A stretch of DNA of 64,000 bases from Cycas panzhihuaensis. Taxonomy: Eukaryota > Plantae > Cycadophyta. The stretch spans positions 130,331,741 through 130,395,740 of the forward strand of contig CM041465.1 of NCBI GenBank assembly GCA_023213395.1, in the 5' to 3' direction. Each line of letters starts with the position of its first letter. The stretch's first letter is position 1. The notes beneath the pieces were generated by a model. That model made no database searches. It saw only the letters and a list, made by a program, of their open reading frames with translations, and was not told the origin of the DNA. Position numbers and translations under genes: made by a program. This document shows, piece after piece, positions 43,044-54,519 of the stretch.

Positions 43044-43998
43044 TGTTAGAACATCTATATAATATACTTATATCCTAGTCTAAGACTTAGGAGAATTTTA
43101 GAGTTGAAACACTTGTGGGTTAAAGACCTCGTAATGTGAACTCATCATAGTTATGGACCTTATAAGTTGGTAATTCACGAGATTCAAATGAAGCAGATTA
43201 GAGAGTTATGAGGGAGGAAGTCATGAGTTAAAAGTTTTATGAGCGAGTAAGGCACAAGTCAAATCATGGCTTTTGATTAAAGGATGTGTGGCATCATTGG
43301 GTAAATCTCATGATAAATTATTACATTACTCTTTTTGTTATTGCAAAGTGAATATTTACAAGAGGACGAGGGAGTGAGATAAATTATAACCATCAAATTA
43401 TAGATACATGGTAATGAGTTGTTGATGTCATAACTTGCAAGAAAGAAAGAACTACAAAAGAAAGAAGGAAATAACAAGTAGTGAGTTTGTAAGTCACAAA
43501 GGGAAAAATCACGATAAAAATAACCTACAACAAAGGGTAATTAATGTAGAATTTCAAATGAAGAGCACAATGTGCCATTATGATAGGAACATTATAAATT
43601 ACTTGTAGGCATTGTATAGGTAAATTTAAATGAGACCAGTTTGAGAGTTGGCGAATTAACTGTTATGAGAAGATTATATAAATAGAGGAGAGCTCACACT
43701 ATGAGAGACTTTTGGCTGATAGGGCTTTAAGATGATTAAGCTAGTGTTTAATTGTAATCTTGACATAGAGAAGAAAGGTATTAGGAGGGTCTACAGTAGT
43801 GTCTAAAGTTATTGAGTCTTATAACATTATTTTGTATATTATATTCCTTATAATTTAAATGCCTATTTATCCAATTGAAGAGTTCCTCTGTAAAGATCTT
43901 ATTGTAGGGTAATGTGGTGTTTGGCTTGTGTGCATATTATTTGCTTATTAGGCTGTAATTAGCCCTATTTAATGGAGAGCTTTGCATTGATTCTATCA
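43044..43998 (+). mobile_element. Possible LTR / solo LTR
   Basis: TGTTAG...CTATCA termini and TATATAAATAGAGG at ~43676. No clear TSD. Confidence 0.35.
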
Positions 43999-45155
43999 AT
44001 TTATAATAAGGTAGTATCACTTTCTCTTAGGTACTAGCACTTAAAAAATATAGAAGATCAACTACTCGTAATGGACCACATTAGACCTAATGATAGCCTC
44101 TTAATAGTTATTCTTGATGCGTGGGTCCTCCAATGATATAATTCCATGTTATAAATTTTTCCATTATCTTCCTTAAAAGAGTATATTATTATTTAGATGA
44201 GCCCACTCATATGATAATGGAAAATTCCCTTGACCTTTAAACTTTTTAAATGCAAGGTAATAAGCTCTTTAGTTTCTTATTTAGTTGCTCCTTACCTAAA
44301 TTATGTGACTTAAAGGGTGGTTTTCTTATTAGATTAAAATTTTAGATTGTTGACTTGTTTGCCATTATTGGTTTGCTTTGTAAATTATATTTTATTTACT
44401 AGATCTTAATGTTCATTGCAAAAACTAGGTTTGTTTTCTAAATTAAGGGTTGTATTCCATTATATTTTACTTATTTATATTAGAATAATTGTTAACAATT
44501 ATAATAGAAAGATAGAGAACATAATTGAGAGATAAGGATAAAAAAGGGCAATTATAAGGAACATTATAAAGAGCATTAAATTTGTCAACAAAATTCCTTA
44601 TGAACCCTTAAAGATACTCTATAAAGAAGGAAAGAACAAGTAAGTTCTTTCTTAAAGAATAAATCCTTAAGAACTAGCCTCTAAATGAAATCAATATTAA
44701 TTTAAGAAAACCATTTAACAATGGAGGTGGATAATTACAAGTATAACTATAAATTAAAGATAAAAATCTTAGATATAAAAAAATGTATAGATCAACACAA
44801 CAATAATATATAAAGGATGTAAAGTGGTTTTAAAAAATAAAAGATCACCTTTACTTGGTACGTGTAAACCTTATAAAGATGACATATGCATATAGAAAGG
44901 GCATGATTATTGGTAAAGTATTCAACAAAGCATCTTCCATGATATAAAGGATTGACAAATATTAAGGGTAATTAATATTATGTTATAGTTCTAGGGTGAC
45001 ATAATAAAATATCCTTATCTATAATCTCTTAGGTAAAGAGTATTATCTTGAATGAAATACAATACAATAGCTTATTTGTAATAATCATGAACTACATGTC
45101 TTATGATAAATAATTAAGTAAATATTTGTCTCATTAATATGGAATTCAAGGTAAT

Positions 45156-45579
45156 GCTTGAGAGTCATAATGGAAGGGGATTCAATGAACGTGATAAAAT
45201 TGATCAGAGGGGAAGCAAAGCCAGATTAGAAGCACCGAGCCATGATTAATGATGTGAAGATGATGCTGCAAAGTAGAGATAACGCTCAGGTGAGCCACAT
45301 TTATAGGGAAGGAAATAAGGTTGATGATAACTTAGCTAACTAAGGTGTCTAGTCTAGAAGATTTGTGGTTTGGAAGGACGATTTTCTTGAAGAGATTGTG
45401 GGTTTGGTTAGAAAAGATTTAGGGGGTCAAGCAGCAACGACAACTAGCCTGATTTTCCTTGGTTAGCTAGGCTGTGGGCTTGTCATAACTGATTTGTGGT
45501 GTCGTTTTAGTAGACCTTATATAAGGGTTGGGGTCCCTTTTTAACCCCCATTTATTTAAACCTTAGCAAAAAAAAATGA
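45156..45579 (+). mobile_element. 5'-truncated L1-type LINE (RNase H/RVT_3 end of ORF2, 3' UTR, poly-A)
   Basis: RVIMEGDS..VI...VSHIYREGNKVDDNLAN. Poly-A at ~45568-45576. 17-bp TSD ATGGAATTCAAGGTAAT / ATGAAATTCAAGGTGAT. Confidence 0.9.
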
Positions 45580-47399
45580 ATGAAATTCAAGGTGATTTAT
45601 TTTCATGTATATGGTATAAAGAAATTAGAACTCTCTTAAGACTTAAAGCTTATTACATTAAATAATATACAAAATAAGATTCTTATCATATGGACTTCTA
45701 TATTTATTATGACGATTATATAATATACAATTCTTATTTTATCTCGAACAATTACTAATGCAACAAACCAAGCAATTTCTTTTTCCTTCATATTCTTTTA
45801 ATATAAGTTTCTATGGTTTTTAAGTTTAGCAATAATTATTTATCATTAATGTGCTTTTCATTTGAACATTATTTGTTTCTTCTTATGGCATAATTTTTAG
45901 AAAGTTTGTATGCTTTATGTCATATATAAACTATAAAAAGATAAAAATTCACAAAAATAATGAAAAGATAATCACATTTCTTATATGTAAGATATTGGAG
46001 GATCCTTAATTTTAAACCTTTTGTATATATGATTTGTTAATCTCTCTAGAGTTGCCATGTTTAACATCCTTTTTCCTTTTAATGTCTTAATGCCTTTAAA
46101 ATGTTTTGTGTATTCACAAATTTTAATTATTGAAGTAGAGGTCATGTATTACTCCTTGCTTAACATAGGACGTATTACTTTCGTGTCCATAAGGATAATA
46201 ACTTGGAAATATATTAATGTCTATTATGTACTATATTATGTTATGTATGAGATGTGACTAATTATTTTGACTTTTATTCATTACTTTGCTTACAGTTTAT
46301 TATATTAAAAGGTGGAGTGCTTTACGCCCTCAACAAAATATAATGGGATAAGACATTATACAATAATGAACAAGACAAAGGATCATATATACATTGCTTA
46401 TTTAATATTATTCATGGAACCATTATAGCATCATAAAATGCAACATAGACATGAACCATCTTCACTTGGGATTTGTACATCTTAAAAGGGATCAGGGTCC
46501 ACCTTTTGCTAAGAGGCTAGAGTTACTCTCTCTTGTTTATGTACATTACCATGAAGATCAATCTTATTTATAAATTATATAATACAATACAATTAAATGC
46601 CCATGGGGCTTTTACTCACGTTTTGTGTAAATGAAAGTGAACAAATGTGCGCTTGAGCAAGTCTCCCTAGAATATCTAATAGACCTTTCAATATTTCATA
46701 AAAGTAGATTCTTTAATCCACCTTTGTAGCATTAAAATTTATAATATGGCATTTGCAATCAAACTCATTCATTACTCAAAGTATAAGCACTTGTGTGGCT
46801 TCATCATTGACTATCTAGCTCACAATCCATTTGCATTATGCTTGCATTCCCATGTATACATAAAAGCAACCCATGCTAAGCCATGGTGTTTATGATACCT
46901 ACATGTCTTAGTGGAAGACATAGGCTTTCACCATGTTAACTAGGATCAATCTTACAAGGGACAAAGTGAAAAAGTAAAAATGAAAAAGAACATTGACATC
47001 GTTACTTGTACACTCTTGATTTTGGTAAAATGCTTCGTACGCGCCTATACCGTAGTGTTAAATAATCACAGAAATATAGAACGGGGGGCAAATGCACGTG
47101 GATAAACAGCCGTTTCGATAAAAGACAAAAGGAGCAGCACAATGATGGGGAGTTACGGTGATGATGATGGAGGGCCATACGTCCACGTCATGCGCGTGAC
47201 AGCGTGGAGTACCTTTCTTCTGGCTTTGGAACATCCTTGCCACGGTGGCAGTTGCCATGATGGATGAACGCTGGCTATGGCCAATCGCGATGAAGCGAGC
47301 ACGGCGGTGATGATGTTGGCGCAGGCGATGTTCATCCATCATGATTTGCGATAGACGACATCCACGGAGTCTCACTTCCTTTCATTTTTAATATTTTTT

Positions 47400-48293
47400 A
47401 TTCTTTCTGTTTCCCAGGACGCACGTCACGAGGTCGAATTTGACGCGCGAAGAATATCACGCTGAAAAGGCCCCGCAGACGATGTTAAAATTCGCGATTT
47501 TTAAGTTCTTTCCCGGCCGTATATCTCATGTAATTTAATTTAATATCAATGTTTCTGCACGGTGTGTATCGTATATACGTACGTTAAACTTATTTATGTA
47601 CAGATATTCAGCCTAATTTTACGGAATTTAGCCATTTCGATTGCGTACCTACATTGGCCATTGGCCGGTCTCAATTGGTTTGTGGCCATGTGATATTGGT
47701 GAGAGTTTGGTCAACGGTTCGCAGCCCAGGAGACCTTATTCGGGTTAGGAATGGCTTGAAACGGAGAAAAAAATAATTGCTCCCCAGTCATCAACTGACA
47801 CTTAGCCTCGATTCCTCCGTTTGCCTTCCTTACATTTCGCCTCGCCTCATTGCCCCTCCCTGTAAATGTAAATACCTGCCCCATTATTTCTTTTGTTACT
47901 GCTGCTGTAATTTCAGACTTACTCATGTCAATTCCTTTTACCTGTGAGTTGGTACATGTGCTATTTCGATTGATTTCGATTAATTTGTACTAGTTTCATT
48001 TCATTGCGCATTAGTATAGAGGTTCTCATCCTGTGTCCGGACTGGGGATTTTATGGCATGTTTCTTCCAACGTATTCGGCAATAAGCTTCAGGAATTCTG
48101 CATAAAGAACAGGATATGGCCAATTTCCGATCCTGATATTCCCCCCGCTCAGTCCAGTCGCTCGGGCCGGATAATGTAAGCCACATGCCTGAGCAAATTA
48201 AATCTATCCGGTGTCAGATTTCGGAGAAACATTTGGAACAGAGTCTGTAAATTAAATACTTCACACACAATCAGAAATTAAAAGACTCAGAAA
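47400..48293 (+). promoter_or_regulatory. CpG-retaining promoter/5' UTR region of the MTI gene
   Basis: CpG-rich and TE-free within a CpG-depleted background. Contains ACGT cores, several ATTGG (CCAAT), site II AGCCCA (47723), three AACGG (MSA-like) motifs and a pyrimidine-rich patch at ~47810-47860. Confidence 0.55.
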
Positions 48294-48389
48294 ATGGCTT
48301 CTGAATTATCGTCCGTTAAGCAAAGCGGAGAGGAAAATTCTCTGCAGTCAATCCGGTACTCGCGAGGTCGCCTGCAGCTCCTCGACCAG
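48294..48389 (+). CDS. MTI1: First coding exon of methylthioribose-1-phosphate isomerase (methionine salvage/Yang cycle)
   Basis: MASELSSVKQSGEENSLQSIRYSRGRLQLLDQ then GT (phase 0). Matches the plant MTI/MRI1 N-terminus pattern L..I.Y..G.LQLLDQ|RKLP. Good start context (AAAATGGC). Next exon not found in the window. Confidence 0.85.
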
Positions 48390-49201
48390 GTTCACTGCCC
48401 TACGTTTCCTTTTATTGTAATATTTATTATCTTTGTGATCCCAGCTTGCTTCTTTATTGAATAAGCTACAGAACTGCTAAGTTTAAATTTGTAACGTATA
48501 TGCTTTGCTCGTATTTGGGAGCCTTCCAAAGTCAAGAGCATAAGCGAATAAATTTACCTGTACAAGTCTCCCGTTCAATTTCTGTTAAGATAAGATTTTT
48601 GTATTTTCGAATGCAGAGAACGATAATTATGTAGTAATATTTTGTCGTTTAATGAATTTTAATGTTTCGACTCTCAGTAAGATTGTGTCTTGCCTCACGA
48701 AGAACTGGTTTATTAAGTATGCATTTTTCAGATTTATTGAAAATCATCCAGCATATATTAAAAGCATGGAAAAATCATAAAATAGGAAATTTAAATAGAG
48801 TTACTATGATGTGGTTAGGATGAGTTTGATGGAATTGCATGGTTCGTTTTATCGCTGAGAATCTCCGAAATGAATGAGAAAATTCTTAACAGCCTTCTAC
48901 ATTATGCTGTGCTAATCAAATGTGAAGCTCGTTTCCTTTTTCTTTTATTGCATCATTTGTTTGGTCGGAAGCTCCTGGCTGTTCCGATTACTGAAAAGAA
49001 GGCTGTGGCTACCATATACACAAGCAATTGTGCAATTTACAGAAATCCTATTTACATGCCAGGTGAGATACTTGTCTAGGTGAGTCTGAATGTTGTTTGT
49101 GGTGTTTCTAGATTGCACCCGTTCCATTTGAAGGGCAGTGAGTTACGGCCAGCTATCGAGGAGTTGGGATCAGCGAACCAAATCTTGTAAGAAGCTACAC
49201 A

Positions 49202-49329
49202 CTGTGAGAAGGCATTGCTGATGCCTTCCAAGGGATTGCATGCCCAGCAGAATTGCTCCTATAGACAGAACATGTGAACAACCGTAGCATTTCTCATTGT
49301 GGCTGCTGCCTGGTCAAAGGTTCACATTG
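49202..49329 (+). ncRNA. Candidate intronic box H/ACA snoRNA
   Basis: Hairpin (CTGT-GAG...TGCTG...CAGCA...CTC-ATAG), H box ACAGAA at 49265-49270, second hairpin (GAAC...GTAGCA...TGCTGC...GTTC), ACA at 49324-49326 plus 3 nt. Pocket-to-box distances are 15 and 14 nt. No rRNA target confidently identified. Confidence 0.45.
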
Positions 49330-49638
49330 TTTACTTTATGAAGGGAAGGTTATGTGAATTGAATGACCAAAAATTATCCACATATCACTATAACAGATAT
49401 TTATCTCTTTGTTTCATGTGCATGTTCCTATTGGTGAGCGCTAGGAGCATGTAGATGAGCATATCACTGGCAATACGGCAACACATTGGGCTCCTCTCAG
49501 TGTTGAGCCCAGGACTAGGACAGTTTGGGATTGTGGGCTTGAATCATCTTGTTAGTGCTTAGGGGTGTAAGGCACCCTGCCCAGTCTGTTTACCATAAGA
49601 ATGGATTCAGAAATCAATGCAAGCATTCAGGTCTCATT

Positions 49639-51651
49639 TGTGAGAATGATATGCATTATCCCAGTGCAATGTGAAGTCATTGTGCATGAATGTAGTCAAC
49701 CGATGGTAAATACCAAGGAAGAGAAAAGAAGTCCTATAAGAGCAGCTTATAAGAATTCAAGAGACATTGACCATGATCCTCATATGTGCAGTAAATAAAC
49801 TCCTCCATGCGTGACCAACATAGAAAGGACTATGTGTGAGAACCTTTTACATTGGCCAATGATAACTGATTTACTAATTAAACATTATATCGATTATTGT
49901 GAAATTCAACATTTTAACACTTCCCCTTAATATTTAATTTATAAAAAATTTCAAATGTTTTCATAATTTTCATGTTGGGTCACTTACTTATCATGTATTG
50001 GGTGTCTATTTGAATCCAAATTTTTAGAGGGTTTGATTTTCAAAAAGTAACTAGTTGTATAAACCACCCAAGTCATGTAGGAGCCATTTGCAAAACACTT
50101 TAGTCCCAAATGACATCATATAAAGGCTCAAGATTCCATTTGAAGCTATTTGAAGACACACTTATGTGCATTTAGGCCAGGGTGAAGCATGTGATGCTTT
50201 AGAAGCTGCATGTGAAGCATTTTTTGTCAATGAAGCTACTTGTGGGCCATGTGAATGCCGAGGGAATGTTGAGGTGATATGTTGAAATTCAATGTTTGAA
50301 AAGCGTTGGGATAGGTTTGTAGTTTCTTGATAGAAAGATTTAAGATTCATGCTTCTTGGGTTTTATTATTCTTTACTACTTTGATCACCAACATTGAATC
50401 CCCAAACACTTGATTCTCAATTTCTTTGCTATCTTCATATTATATAGGGTAATTTCTTCAATTTGTTTAAATGATTTTTATATTTAGCTTTGCCCACTAT
50501 CACTTGGATTTTTTGGCTTCAATCATCCTTACACTATCACATTTTGATTATCTCACGTTGATAATGGTTTGTGATTTTTTCCCTTCTCCTTTTATTATTT
50601 TGCACTTTGGAATGGTTTTGAGAAGTGGAGGGAATATCGTGGAGACCCCAATCCTACTAAGATTCAGGCTGATGCCACCCCACACCCGATTGCAGTGAAC
50701 GAGGAAATATAGATCCTAGATTTGGCCTTGCTCAGAGATTTAATCCTATCCTCATATATGCAATCCATCCTTTATACTATTATTTGTTAATACTTTACCC
50801 TACATCATTGACATCCTACAATAAGTTATTTCATTTAATAGTTTCCTTGTCTGTTATGTTGTTCCATATCATTCTCATCACTTTTTGTCACCCTACAAAA
50901 ATGGCCATAACTCTCTTAATACTTGGCCGTTTTTCACACTTCACTTGTTGATTCAAAGCTCTTTCAAAGGGTTATCCATCTTTTAACTAAAATCAAAGTG
51001 CAGTACATATGTTGGCAATTTAGGGAGGGTGGATGGTCTTAGATCTTGAGAAGAAGGGGCTTCTTTGACTTGTTTACTCTTGAGAGCTTGGGAGTTGTGC
51101 AATTTAACACCAAAACATTGGATGCAATATCTTATGCTTAAAAGAATATATATCTTGATGTTCAAGGTTTTATATTATTTATTAATTTTAAGTCAACATT
51201 AAGGGCAGATTTTTAAAATGCATGTGTTGACCTAATTTTGGGTTTTACCTCATAACTTTCACATGCAAAGTAGAAATTGAAAATTGCAAGTTGCATTAGA
51301 AACTAGATACAAATGGCTTTGAGATGGATGGTCACATGAAGCCATTTAGCAAAGGTTTGATTCAGGTTGGTTTCGATATGATCTTCAAAGCCTAATGGAA
51401 TGTGGGACAAAGATCAACCAAATGCTAACCCATGACAATTATAGTGAACTAGTTTTCTATGTTAATGATATTTACTTTGTTTAGGGTTTAAGCATTTGCA
51501 ACGACTTTTAGCAATTTTGTCATTTGAAATGCACTTAGTTTTTTAAGAAATTTATAGGTGTTCTATCTATATATATGTAGCCTACTCTGCCATTTCTTTA
51601 TTTCATGGAAAATGTAAGACAAATACAACTTTAAAACATGTTTTGTTTATA
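49639..51651 (-). mobile_element. 3' LTR (49639-49919), PPT and non-coding internal part of an LTR element
   Basis: TG...CA segment followed by CTTCCCCTTAA (reverse-complement PPT) at 49920-49930. Confidence 0.5.
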
Positions 51652-52833
51652 TGTAATGAAAATAACTTAGACTAATGGAATGAAGAAATATTGGTTAGAA
51701 ATGAAGTTTATTGATATGAAGAAGACCTCCAAATTTCAGCTGCAAGTCTATACAACCAATTCCCACTTTGTAACATGTGTCAATCCACTCCATAACTATT
51801 CCTACTGGCTGTTGACTTCTCACTGCCCTTAGGAGAATACACTTGTCAAGGTGCCACTATTCATAATCTAGTCAGGATTGGTCATCATACTACTTGCTCA
51901 TCTGATCAATAAAACATCATAAATAACATCATTATTCCATCACACTAGTCAATAAGCCATCATGCATTCCTCATACAATTATTATAACATGCACAATACA
52001 CAAGATTCCATGCAACTCTTTATTCTATTAAGTAATATCACAAGTACATTCAGATCTGGAATGCATCGGTATATACATTCCAACAAATCTCACAATACTT
52101 CCTTATATATGCATTCCATACATTCTGGAACAAATTACAACATGGAATGTTTCCTTCTATGCATTGGATTAGATGATATAAGACTCAATGACTCAACTCA
52201 CACTAGAGCAGATGATATATGATCAGTTGACTTGGTTCTCACATCAAATTGGTGAGAAAAGTACCCATAAACACCCAAATGTGTGCCTCTTGGAGGAATG
52301 TTTGTGACTTCTGGTCACAACCATTATGTTCCTTAACAAATGGTACCTTTTCGCTTAAGATTCGTTACACTCCTTAATTAGTGCCTTTCCTATCCGTACG
52401 TCCGTATGTACATGTGTCTTGGAATGATGTCATCATGTCTGGAACGTTTGGGCCCAATCTGGGCGTGCGTTCCTCGAATTCCCTTCTATGTGCACCGTGT
52501 GCATTTTTATATGCGTATATACCATTTGGGTGTGCACCCTATAATGCATTCCCTAAGAGTCCTTTTTCTAGATTTCTTCATTGTTTCTAATCATCGATTC
52601 CCTTGTTTGTACCTAGTTTCTTCTAGTCAGTACATGCATGCATTCCTATTTTTCCAAGGTCCAAAATGTCATATGTGCTAGATGATACTCCAACATCTAT
52701 CTCGGGTCAACAAAAAAGGATTGAGCATCCTTGCTCACTTCAAAATTTTTGATTTGTCTTCCCCCCCACACTGCATTAAGGCTACTCTTGTTGTCTTGAA
52801 TCTGTTGGGGCTTCATTGGTCCTTAATATCTCT

Positions 52834-53860
52834 TCATTTATTTGAATGAGGGTTGCCATAATTACATCCTTTTCCTTTATCTTTTCCTCCAAAACAACGA
52901 TACCCTGCTTCCAATTCTTCAATCATACAGATAATCTGTTGTCCTTTTCCCTCCATTTGGGAACTCCTCCATAGGAGGGAACTCTTCCCACTCCTGTAGT
53001 GATGGTTCAATCTCAATTTCCTCCTCTTCTTCCTCTCATCTCCATTTAGTACTCTTCTTCATAATTTGCTTGGAGCGGTGTTGAATGGAACTGGCAAGTT
53101 TTTGTTGTAGCCACTTTAGAATTCTCATCATATCCTTTTTCACTCTCCTTTTTACCTTCATATTTTGAGTAGATTCTGGAAAGGCATCCATCCATTGTTT
53201 AATCAATGGCTCATGTCGATGAATCGGAATTTGGGGAGGTTGTACCCCTAGACATTGGTGAAGTAATATTGCCAATAATAAAGAACGATGCTTGAAGGGA
53301 TGTGTTGATATCTCATTAATTTGTTGTGTAATATTCACTGCCAAGAATTTTGACCAATTAAGTTGTACTCCATAATGAATACTAGGCAATATTGGCATCA
53401 TAACCCCTGAAATGTATGTATATTTCCTTTTAGACAAAAGCTTGTTGTTGATAGCTTTGGCCACCCATTGCCACCTCACCTCCTTGATGCCAGCCACTCA
53501 TATCCCACCTAAGAGGATTTGTGCATTTTCTTAACAATATTCTTTTAGCCAAATCTCACATTCCACCTCTAATTGTTTAGTCGATGTTGGGACCTCCCCT
53601 TCCTTAGGAAGTCTTGTAATATCATGGATAATGCCTACATCAAGTCTGATTTGCTTAATATCTTTTTTCAATTCCAACATAATGTTCTCCATCAATTCTG
53701 GGTCCCAATAGAGCGGACTCAGAAATATATACTCTCCCCATCCTGCTTGTTGAACCCTTGTTCTAAATGGTATAGGTATCCCTTCAAGTTCTTGCTTTAA
53801 TTTAGGTAGATGAGTCTCTTGGCACCCTACAATTCTTATTCTAGACACAATGGAAAACAA
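52834..53860 (-). pseudogene. Additional ORF downstream of pol (env-like position), disrupted
   Basis: Consecutive sense-strand ORF fragments 53531-53860, 53036-53497 and 52834-53016 between integrase and the 3' LTR, separated from pol by A-rich runs. Confidence 0.55.
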
Positions 53861-54519
53861 GAAATAATACTTGCACTTACAAGAAGAATGGGTAGGGTTT
53901 GGGTATGGAAAACCTGAATACAGTCGTTGGAGGAACGAATGTCACTTATTGATTGGAATGGATGTCTTTATCACTTGGAATGCGTTCTGGTACGTATGGT
54001 TGTCACTTTGTCACGAAATATTGTTGAAACAACACTTTGTTTTGTTGAATTGGTACTTATTTGCATACTTTTCCTCTATGCATTCTCTGTCGGAATGCTC
54101 GTAGGTACATATAGTTATTCTTTGTTGTTTTACACTTTTCTGTTATATGTGTATTTGACACCATACCTTTTTGGTGCATATAGTGTATTTTGTAGGTACA
54201 TATACTTAAAATTCAAATTTTTTATCGTCTTTTTCCACTAATCTCTTTTCCCACCTGATTTTTGTCACTTTTTGTCTTGTCCTCAATATATACATCTCGT
54301 TTTTTTTTTTTTGCCATATTGCTTAGGTGAATGATATGAGTTATAATTTTTTTTTTCCTTTTTTTCTTTCTTTTTTTTTTTTTGAATTTTTGAGTTTACG
54401 TACCAAAGCGAAATCATTCCCTAGTACTGAGACAACCTCAATTGCCTTTTAATGCCAAGCAACATGTATAGTACAACCAATTGATTCCTTTGGTGAGTTA
54501 ACCATACCCTAGCTGTGAT

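Noticed and set aside
44040-45130. Possible degenerate gypsy integrase or endogenous viral fragment
   Set aside because: Too decayed for any motif to be assigned with confidence.
47711-47926. Divergent minus-strand ORF MSKSEITAAV...
   Set aside because: Short, with no recognisable homology and no supporting downstream exons.
48966-48990. RKLL as MTI1 exon 2
   Set aside because: No AG acceptor precedes it, and the following residues do not match the family.
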